From the IMG/VR virus record IMGVR_UViG_3300023179_000096, positions 5,935 through 69,934 of that record: DNA of 64,000 nucleotides; one strand, 5' to 3'. Below are positions 1 through 6,545 of this stretch, piece by piece. The DNA comes from a virus. The notes beneath the pieces are model-generated. The model made no database searches. It saw nothing but the letters and a program-made list of their open reading frames with translations, and had not been told where the DNA came from. Position 1 is the first letter of the stretch; each line of letters starts with the position of its first letter. Both the position numbers and the translations under genes were made by a program.

Positions 1-2
1 CT

Positions 3-317
3 TCTTTTATTCGAGGCATGTCATTTGACGATGCTATCATTATAGTAGATGAAATGCAAAACATGACGTTTGAAGAAATTGATACAGTTATGACTCGTGT
101 GGGTTATCGCTCTAAAATTATATGGTGCGGAGACTACAGACAAACAGACCTAAATAAAAAGAAGAATGATGTGAGCGGTATTCTTAAATTTTTTGATGTA
201 GCACATCATATGTCAGCTTTTACTAGAATAGAATTTGAGCCTACAGATATTGTGAGAAGTTCCTTAGTAAAAGACTATATACTAGCAAAACTTAAACACG
301 AGGATCACGAAAGTTAA
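3..317 (+). CDS. phoH: PhoH-like ATPase, 5'-truncated by window edge
   Basis: Frame open from window start: SFIRGMSFDDAIIIVDEMQN...GDYRQTDL...DIVRS, the PhoH C-terminal motifs. Confidence 0.92.
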   Translation, partial: SFIRGMSFDDAIIIVDEMQNMTFEEIDTVMTRVGYRSKIIWCGDYRQTDLNKKKNDVSGILKFFDVAHHMSAFTRIEFEPTDIVRSSLVKDYILAKLKHEDHES

Positions 318-727
318 TGGCATATTCAGATAGAGTAGTAGATCATTACGAAAATCCTAGAAATGTCGGGTCTTTTAATAAGGAAGACCCGACTGTAGGT
401 ACAGGCATGGTGGGAGCCCCTGCTTGCGGGGATGTTATGAAACTACAAATAAAAGTTAATGACCGTGGAATTATCGAAGATGCAAAGTTTAAGACTTATG
501 GTTGCGGAAGTGCTATTGCGAGTAGCTCATTGGTTACAGAATGGGTCAAAGGAAAAACACTTGACGAAGCTGGACAAATTAAAAATGTCCAAATTGCGGA
601 AGAACTTGCTTTACCTCCAGTCAAGATCCATTGTTCGATTTTAGCAGAAGATGCAATAAAGGCTGCTATCAATAACTACAAAGAAAAACATGCTAACAGT
701 AACACAGAATGCGCATGCGCAAATTAA
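317..727 (+). CDS. iscU: Fe-S cluster scaffold protein IscU
   Basis: VVDHYENPRNVG, GAPACGDVM, FKTYGCGSAIASSS, LPPVKIHC. Confidence 0.97.
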   Translation: MAYSDRVVDHYENPRNVGSFNKEDPTVGTGMVGAPACGDVMKLQIKVNDRGIIEDAKFKTYGCGSAIASSSLVTEWVKGKTLDEAGQIKNVQIAEELALPPVKIHCSILAEDAIKAAINNYKEKHANSNTECACAN

Positions 728-998
728 AGAGATTTTAACAGGTGAAAACTCTAAATATGTAAGAGCTTTTATTTCCGGTGGCGGTTGCGCTGGATTTAAT
801 TACGGTTTTTCATTAGAAGATGAAATGAGTGATGACGACTTTGTAATAGAAAATTTAATTGTTGATGCTATGAGTATGCAATACTTCGATGGCGCAACAA
901 TCGATTATAAAACGGATAAACTATCTGGATCACAGTTTGTTATTTCTAATCCAAATGCAAAGACCACTTGTGGCTGTGGTTCAAGTTTTTCAGTATAA
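690..998 (+). CDS. erpA: A-type Fe-S carrier (ErpA/IscA, HesB family)
   Basis: GGGCAGFNY and C-terminal NPNAKTTCGCGSSF. Confidence 0.9.
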   Translation: MLTVTQNAHAQIKEILTGENSKYVRAFISGGGCAGFNYGFSLEDEMSDDDFVIENLIVDAMSMQYFDGATIDYKTDKLSGSQFVISNPNAKTTCGCGSSFSV

Positions 999-1012
999 AA
1001 AAGGAGACATTA

Positions 1013-1651
1013 ATGTCGTTTCAGTTTGACTTCACTATCGAAAAATTAAAACAACTAATTCCTAATGCTGCAGGCGGAATACAAGCTTGGTATGATGGTC
1101 TATACGAAGCTCTCCCTCAATATGAAATTATTACTGTACCTAGAGTAGCGTCTTTTATAGCACAGTGTGCTCATGAATCGGGCGGTTTCAGACTCATGGA
1201 AGAAAATCTTAATTACAAAGCCGCAACATTAACTAAGCTATGGCCTAAGCGTTACCCCCCAGGTATAGCAGAACAGTATGCTGGAAAACCAGAAGCTATT
1301 GCTAATAAATCTTATGGGGGTAGAATGGGTAATGGTGATGAAACCTCAGGAGACGGTTGGAAATATCGTGGCCGAGGTATTCTTCAATTAACCGGAAAAG
1401 ATAACTATCGTGCTTGCTCGAAGTATCTTTTTAGTGATGATACCTTGTTAGACAACCCCGACATACTTCTTGACCCTTATTATGCTACTCATTCAGCATG
1501 CTGGTTTTGGAATCAGAACAAATTAAATCAGTTTGCCGACTCAGGGGATATTCTTACTATGACTAAACGAATTAATGGTGGAACCATAGGTCTAGAGGAT
1601 CGCATTAAACATTACAAACATGCAATGGATGTTTTAGAAGGAAGCCATTAA
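1013..1651 (+). CDS. GH19 chitinase-like endolysin
   Basis: FIAQCAHESGGF, EENLNY, GDGWKYRGRGILQLTGKDNY, TKRINGG; start moved to ATG 1013 behind AAGGAG. Confidence 0.9.
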   Translation: MSFQFDFTIEKLKQLIPNAAGGIQAWYDGLYEALPQYEIITVPRVASFIAQCAHESGGFRLMEENLNYKAATLTKLWPKRYPPGIAEQYAGKPEAIANKSYGGRMGNGDETSGDGWKYRGRGILQLTGKDNYRACSKYLFSDDTLLDNPDILLDPYYATHSACWFWNQNKLNQFADSGDILTMTKRINGGTIGLEDRIKHYKHAMDVLEGSH

Positions 1652-1660
1652 AATATTATT

Positions 1661-2341
1661 ATGAGTTTTAATCATGTACAGCTTGAATTAGAAGCACCTA
1701 AACTGCAGCAGATAAACGAAGATGGAACTCGTTATTATGTTACCCCGGAAGGTAACAAGTACCCTTCTGTAACTACCGTTTTATCTGCGTACAATAAAAA
1801 AGCAATTTTTGAGTGGCGTAAGCGTATAGGGGAAGAAGAAGCTAACAGAATATCAAAACAGGCATCTTCACGGGGTACTCGAATACATTCTTTATGTGAG
1901 TATTACTTAGCTAATAAGCAGCCGGAATTTAAATCTCCGCATGATTTAGAACTATTTAATAGTTTTAAACCGGTTCTACACCGCATCAATAATATTTACG
2001 CTCAAGAAATCAGAATGTATTCTGATCATCTTCGTATAGCTGGTACGGTTGATTGTATAGCAGAATTTGATAGAAAGCTGTCTGTAATAGATTTTAAAAC
2101 CGCACGGAAACCTAAACGAGAGGAAGATATTGAGAATTATTTTATGCAGGCAACTGCTTACGCCATTATGTTTGAAGAGCGGTTTGGTATTCCTGTAAAT
2201 AGAACCGTTATAGCAGTTGCTGTTGATGAAGATGAACCTCAAGTGTTTATAAACAAAAGAGATAGTTATGTAGAGCCTTTAATTTATTTTCGGGATCTTT
2301 ATGAAAGTAAATCTGGATTTACATACGAGAATTCCTTATAA
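1661..2341 (+). CDS. PD-(D/E)xK exonuclease
   Basis: YPSVTTVL, RGTRIH, AGTVDC, IDFKT, YFMQATAY. Confidence 0.85.
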   Translation: MSFNHVQLELEAPKLQQINEDGTRYYVTPEGNKYPSVTTVLSAYNKKAIFEWRKRIGEEEANRISKQASSRGTRIHSLCEYYLANKQPEFKSPHDLELFNSFKPVLHRINNIYAQEIRMYSDHLRIAGTVDCIAEFDRKLSVIDFKTARKPKREEDIENYFMQATAYAIMFEERFGIPVNRTVIAVAVDEDEPQVFINKRDSYVEPLIYFRDLYESKSGFTYENSL

Positions 2342-2382
2342 TTATAATATGTTAATATTTAACCTAAGCCTATATATTTTAT

Positions 2383-2695
2383 TGCTGTATGAAGCGAAAA
2401 GAAAAGTGTTCTGGACGCGAGTTCGAATCTCGCCTGGTCCACCAAAAGGAGATATGATGAATCCAGCTTATGTAATATCAGGTATACTGTTATTAACGGC
2501 TATTCTTGTACATGTCTTTTTTTGATGGGCCAGTCATGGTTTCGACAGGGCAAAGAGTAACAGAGTGGACAGCACGGTAGGCGATGACCGTAAATCAAGC
2601 AAAACCACAGTCGCAAACGATGAAGTTTACGCATTAGCAGCTTAAACACTGCTTAGGGTTTCGATGGGTTTCCTCGTAACAGAATAACCCATCAC
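2383..2695 (+). ncRNA. ssrA: Circularly permuted (two-piece) tmRNA
   Basis: Acceptor piece first: T-arm GCGAG-TTCGAAT-CTCGC, then CTGGTCC-A-CCA (2417-2444). Coding piece starts GGGCCAG (2527-2533), which pairs with CTGGTCC including G3:U70. CAGGGCA/TGTTCTG and ACAGCA/TGCTGT pair the two pieces. Tag ANDEVYALAA* at 2613-2645. Outer ends approximate. Confidence 0.93.
2454..2525 (+). CDS. 22-23 aa hydrophobic peptide inside the tmRNA intervening segment
   Basis: AAGGAG at 2446-2451, ATGATG at 2454-2459, MMNPAYVISGILLLTAILVHVFF, TGA ending 2525. Confidence 0.55.
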   Translation: MMNPAYVISGILLLTAILVHVFF

Positions 2696-2729
2696 AATAC
2701 AACACTCATAACACACAAAGGAGATTAAA

Positions 2730-2999
2730 ATGAGTAATATGACCCCGTTCGAGATTCGCCTAGAACTTTTAAAAATGGCGAAAGAAATGCTTTCAGAGGC
2801 TTATTATGGTGAAAGAGAGCGTATTTCAAATGACTGGTCAACGAAAGTAGATTCAGCCAAACACGCAGGGCAACCCGTCCCTGATCATCCAGGCTTTCCA
2901 GCCTATCCTACTGAATCCGAAATTATAAGCAAAGCGCAAGCTTTGAATGGATTCGTTTCACAAATCCCACTAGATACAAAAACTTCTACCAAGAAGTAA
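2730..2999 (+). CDS. Hypothetical phage protein
   Basis: Strong AAGGAG RBS after a CA-rich leader; MTPFEIRLELLKMAKEML N-terminal helix. Confidence 0.8.
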   Translation: MSNMTPFEIRLELLKMAKEMLSEAYYGERERISNDWSTKVDSAKHAGQPVPDHPGFPAYPTESEIISKAQALNGFVSQIPLDTKTSTKK

Positions 3000-3011
3000 T
3001 CTGATGGTGTG

Positions 3012-3044
3012 GGGAGGTATTGTTTATTTTAAATTTTACCTCCC
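3012..3044 (+). terminator. Stem-loop, possible terminator or processing site
   Basis: GGGAGGTA / TACCTCCC inverted repeat; weak U-tract. Confidence 0.4.
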
Positions 3045-3062
3045 TTCAAATAAGGAGAACCA

Positions 3063-3599
3063 ATGGTAAATTATATTTTTTACTGGGTACTAAGAATTGC
3101 AGCTGGTATTGCGGTATTTTATGCTGTGGTGCTTGTTACAAACTATAGATTTGATAATTTAAAGACCAACAATAGTAATCAAAAATATGTAACAATGGCT
3201 GAGAGAGAAAAACAACTTGTTTGTTTAGCTAAGAATATATATTTTGAAGCAGCTACAGAGCCCTTCGAAGGTAAAGTAGCCGTAGCTCAAGTAACATTAA
3301 ATCGCGCTGAGTCTGGAAAATTTCCTCAAGATATTTGCGATGTAGTTTTTCAAAAGACACGATTTTTAGATAAGGTGGTATGTCAGTTTTCTTGGTATTG
3401 TGAACCTGGGCCTAAGGTAGTAAGGTCTAATCAAAATTACACGGAATCTGAACTAGTAGCAAAGAAGGTGCTTCTTGAAAATTTTAGACTCCCTTCATTA
3501 GAAAAAGCTATGTATTATCATGCTGACTATGTTAACCCTAATTGGAACAAACCTAAAATTACTAAAATTGGCCGACATATTTTTTATGGAGAACGATAA
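3063..3599 (+). CDS. SleB-like cell wall hydrolase with N-terminal TM segment
   Basis: CLAKNIYFEA, VAQVTLNR, CQFSW, YYHADYVNPNW, IGRHIFY. Confidence 0.9.
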   Translation: MVNYIFYWVLRIAAGIAVFYAVVLVTNYRFDNLKTNNSNQKYVTMAEREKQLVCLAKNIYFEAATEPFEGKVAVAQVTLNRAESGKFPQDICDVVFQKTRFLDKVVCQFSWYCEPGPKVVRSNQNYTESELVAKKVLLENFRLPSLEKAMYYHADYVNPNWNKPKITKIGRHIFYGER

Positions 3600-3943
3600 T
3601 GACAGAGTTTAATAAAGAAATTTCTACTAAATTTGAAGAAAACCTAAATAATATCAGAGAAGGTGTTGTAAGGTTTTTTGAAAATTTTAGTAAAACCACG
3701 GCTGATACGTTTGCATGGCTTTCCGTTATCGTGCTTCATGCTGCAACTATACCTAGTTTTTTAGCGGTTAAAACCGGGTTATCTGATAGACTCCCCTCTT
3801 TAGATTTAATTGTATTACTTTGGGCAGGACTATTGCTTTATTTCATACGTTCAGCTATAATTAAAGATATGCTGCAAGTGATTACCATTGGCATTGGATT
3901 TGCAGTTCAAGCTCTACTACTAGGATTTATATTTTTTCAATGA
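3599..3943 (+). CDS. Three-TM membrane protein
   Basis: Three hydrophobic segments; coupled to the upstream gene by TAATG. Confidence 0.75.
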   Translation: MTEFNKEISTKFEENLNNIREGVVRFFENFSKTTADTFAWLSVIVLHAATIPSFLAVKTGLSDRLPSLDLIVLLWAGLLLYFIRSAIIKDMLQVITIGIGFAVQALLLGFIFFQ

Positions 3944-4209
3944 ATGATGAAGATGATTTAAAAGGGTTAACGGATACGCTTGTAATAACCAAGCGTTTTC
4001 GTTCCCCTAATGAATTTAGTATCTATATAGATGAGATAGTTAATCGGTTAAAAATTCCATATATGGAAGCTGTTATTAATTATTGTAATGAGGTAGATAT
4101 TGATATTGAATCGGTTGGTCCATTAATTAATCTTAAACTTAAAGAAAAAATTCAAATGGAAGCTGAGCAATCTAACTTGATAAAACCAAGAGGCCATCTC
4201 CCGGTATGA
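3940..4209 (+). CDS. 33: Late transcription coactivator gp33
   Basis: YMEAVINYC...LKEKIQMEA; gp33-gp59-gp32 gene order. Confidence 0.85.
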   Translation: MNDEDDLKGLTDTLVITKRFRSPNEFSIYIDEIVNRLKIPYMEAVINYCNEVDIDIESVGPLINLKLKEKIQMEAEQSNLIKPRGHLPV

Positions 4210-4823
4210 ATATGGAACCATTTGAAGTCTATAGATATTACCTTGCCCTGAGACTTCACTTTACAACTGACAAGTATGATGCAATTGAACAACAAGGTCG
4301 AGTCAAAGCTTCTAGACATGCCTTTCTAAAGCGTAATGACTTATTAGCTATACGTCGCGTTGCAGAAACCTATTCCGATAAAGAAATTGTAGATTTTTTA
4401 GTATCTAATTTTACCTCTGGTGATCGCTGGGGTGGAGTATTTGATTTAGAAGCCAAAGAAAGATACATGGGTTGGAAGAAACGTATCGAATCTCTTTCCT
4501 ATACTTTTGAAAAAGAGATACAAAAAGTATTACATTTATGTGATAAAAATGGTATACTTTTTAAAAACTGCTTAGAAGCTAACACAAAATCTCAACATCC
4601 ATATATAATTAAGATGTATCTTCGCGGAGATGTGTCTATTGAAACTTTGGTTATATTAAATCAGCTGGTAAATTTTTCTAATAAACTTGACGAACAGCTG
4701 GTAGGTGATTTAGTTTGGCCAGATGTCTCTAGAATTATTAAAAAATATACCCCTTTCCTTGGGATAAAAAAAGAAAAGTATGATAGAATACTACGACGAG
4801 CAATTGGATCAAACCAAGAATAG
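4206..4823 (+). CDS. 59: Helicase loader gp59
   Basis: YRYYLALRLHFTTDKYD, VSIETLVIL, IIKKYTPF. Confidence 0.85.
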   Translation: MNMEPFEVYRYYLALRLHFTTDKYDAIEQQGRVKASRHAFLKRNDLLAIRRVAETYSDKEIVDFLVSNFTSGDRWGGVFDLEAKERYMGWKKRIESLSYTFEKEIQKVLHLCDKNGILFKNCLEANTKSQHPYIIKMYLRGDVSIETLVILNQLVNFSNKLDEQLVGDLVWPDVSRIIKKYTPFLGIKKEKYDRILRRAIGSNQE

Positions 4824-5001
4824 AATTATTGAATTAGAAAAAAATATTTCAGTAATGCATGATAATGTTATGACCGTTGCAGAACAAATTAAAGAAACTC
4901 AACTTTTTTTAATTAAGTTAGCTAAAAATCAGGCTGAGATATCTAAACGACTCTCACAATGGCCTTATATTGCAGTACCCTCAAGAGAAGAAGGAGAATA
5001 A
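4780..5001 (+). CDS. Hypothetical coiled-coil protein
   Basis: Heptad pattern; overlaps the end of gp59. Confidence 0.65.
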   Translation: MIEYYDEQLDQTKNRIIELEKNISVMHDNVMTVAEQIKETQLFLIKLAKNQAEISKRLSQWPYIAVPSREEGE

Positions 5002-5003
5002 CG

Positions 5004-5123
5004 ATGTTAGAAACTTTTTTTTGGATTTTAGTTGGTGCATTTATTGGATGGCACATACCACAACCCCAATGGGCTGTCGTCCTTAAGGAAAAAATGTTGG
5101 GGCTATTTCGATCGAAAACGTAA
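5004..5123 (+). CDS. 39-aa membrane protein (not in ORF track)
   Basis: AAGGAG 4991-4996, MLETFFWILVGAFIGWHIPQPQWAVVLKEKMLGLFRSKT*. Confidence 0.7.
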   Translation: MLETFFWILVGAFIGWHIPQPQWAVVLKEKMLGLFRSKT

Positions 5124-5139
5124 ATAATCGTAAAAATTT

Positions 5140-5340
5140 ATGAATCGTAAGTCTAACCCCGATAACTCAGATTGGGAAAAGAAGCCTAAAAAACCAGTAA
5201 AAGGTACCAATAAAGCTGGTAAATATCGCAAAAACATATATAATATGTTATCAGACTACTACGAAGAGGATGATTTCTCTGATGAAGAGTTTGATAGCAA
5301 TGTTAACGTGAGAAATACCCGTCACTATGATAAACGTTAA
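5140..5340 (+). CDS. Hypothetical basic/acidic small protein
   Basis: Fills the gap before gp32. Confidence 0.6.
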   Translation: MNRKSNPDNSDWEKKPKKPVKGTNKAGKYRKNIYNMLSDYYEEDDFSDEEFDSNVNVRNTRHYDKR

Positions 5341-5372
5341 TACAACGCATATACTTTAATACAACGCTATAC
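5337..5372 (+). promoter_or_regulatory. Direct-repeat leader, candidate gp32 translational operator
   Basis: TTAATACAACGC at 5337-5348 and 5356-5367, directly before the gp32 RBS. Confidence 0.5.
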
Positions 5373-5383
5373 GGAGATTATAA

Positions 5384-6307
5384 ATGGCACTAGATTTTTC
5401 TGCTTTGAAAAAGCAACGTGGATCTTTCGACAGTCTAATGAAGGAAGTTGAAAAGATTGCAACTCCTCAGACTACTGAAACTCAAAAAGATGATCGCTTC
5501 TGGTCATTAGAAGTAGATAAAGCCGGCAACGGTTATGCAGTTATTCGATTCCTCCCACCTACTAAAGGTGAAGACCTCCCATGGGTTCGTATCTGGAATC
5601 ACGGCTTTCAAGGCCCTACCGGTAAGTGGTATATTGAAAATTCCCTTACAACCCTGAGTAAACCTGACCCCGTTTCTGAACTGAATACCGAGCTTTGGAA
5701 TTCAGGTACAGAAGCTAATAAGGAAATTGCTCGAAAACAAAAGCGACGTCTTACTTACATTGCGAATGTTTATATTGTTAAGGACCCAGCCCACCCTGAG
5801 AATGAAGGTAAGGTCATGCTTTATAAATTCGGTAAGAAAATCTTTGATAAGATTAAGGACGTAATGCAACCTCAATTTGAGGATGAAGATCCAATTAACC
5901 CGTTCGATTTCTGGAAGGGTGCAAATTTTAAACTTAAGGCTCGTAACGTCGAGGGATATCGCAACTATGATAAGTCTGAGTTTGAAACTTCTTCTCCTTT
6001 GTCGGAGGATGATGCATCTCTAGAAAAGATTTGGAATAAGCAATATTCTTTGAGTGAGTTTCTTGATCCTAAGCACTTCAAGTCGTACGAAGAACTAAAA
6101 TCAAAGCTTGAACAGGTGCTGTCAGCTTCTGGCTCTGCACCAGCTCGGGTTGATCGAGTAGAACTAGATGAAGATATTTCTCGTCAAGTATCTACAGGTT
6201 CTAAAATGACCTCTAAACCTATTAAAGCCGTTAAGCAAGAAGAAGTAGACCTTGATGACGAGGATGAGTCATTATCCTACTTTGCTAAATTAGCAAACGA
6301 CGAGTAA
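5384..6307 (+). CDS. 32: Single-stranded DNA-binding protein gp32
   Basis: DKAGNGYAVIRFLP, HGFQGPTGKWYIENS, FDFWKGANFKLK, acidic C-terminal tail. Confidence 0.97.
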   Translation: MALDFSALKKQRGSFDSLMKEVEKIATPQTTETQKDDRFWSLEVDKAGNGYAVIRFLPPTKGEDLPWVRIWNHGFQGPTGKWYIENSLTTLSKPDPVSELNTELWNSGTEANKEIARKQKRRLTYIANVYIVKDPAHPENEGKVMLYKFGKKIFDKIKDVMQPQFEDEDPINPFDFWKGANFKLKARNVEGYRNYDKSEFETSSPLSEDDASLEKIWNKQYSLSEFLDPKHFKSYEELKSKLEQVLSASGSAPARVDRVELDEDISRQVSTGSKMTSKPIKAVKQEEVDLDDEDESLSYFAKLANDE

Positions 6308-6318
6308 ATTATTACATT

Positions 6319-6346
6319 AAAAGGGGTTTAAAAACCCCTTTTTTTT
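6319..6346. terminator. Bidirectional intrinsic terminator
   Basis: AAAAGGGGTT-TAAA-AACCCCTTTTTTTT between convergent genes. Confidence 0.85.
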
Positions 6347-6536
6347 ATTTCTTTTTTTCTATCTTTTTAAGCTCGTGACAGTTATCCTTTTTAGGATCCT
6401 GACCGTCTTTACACGGCTTTTTTACCTCAGGTTTCTTTTGAGCTGTTACTGGAGGTTTTGATTCATCTCTTTTAGCATCTGCTAATGCAACTGAAGCTGA
6501 AAAGACTAGGGTTAGAGCGATAAGTAAGGGTTTCAT
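6345..6536 (-). CDS. Small exported protein (signal peptide, two Cys, Lys-rich)
   Basis: MKPLLIALTLVFSASVALA signal; GGAG RBS. Confidence 0.7.
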   Translation of the reverse strand: MKPLLIALTLVFSASVALADAKRDESKPPVTAQKKPEVKKPCKDGQDPKKDNCHELKKIEKKK

Positions 6537-6545
6537 ATTTTCTCC

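Noticed and set aside
968-1012. N-terminal extension of the GH19 endolysin
   Set aside because: Overlaps erpA; the SD supports ATG 1013
1661-2341. CRISPR-associated Cas4
   Set aside because: Lacks the four-Cys Fe-S motif and no array or cas genes are nearby; treated as a generic phage exonuclease
2318-2348. Sigma70 promoter for the tmRNA (TTTACA...TATAAT)
   Set aside because: Spacing is 13 or 19 nt to the two TATAAT hexamers, too uncertain to call
2383-2444. tRNA gene suggested by the T-arm and CCA end
   Set aside because: There is no D-arm or anticodon arm upstream and the acceptor partner lies downstream at 2527; it is the tmRNA acceptor piece
2301-2525. 74-aa ORF as listed in the track
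   Set aside because: Its 5' part overlaps the exonuclease and the tmRNA acceptor piece and has no RBS; only 2454-2525 has an SD
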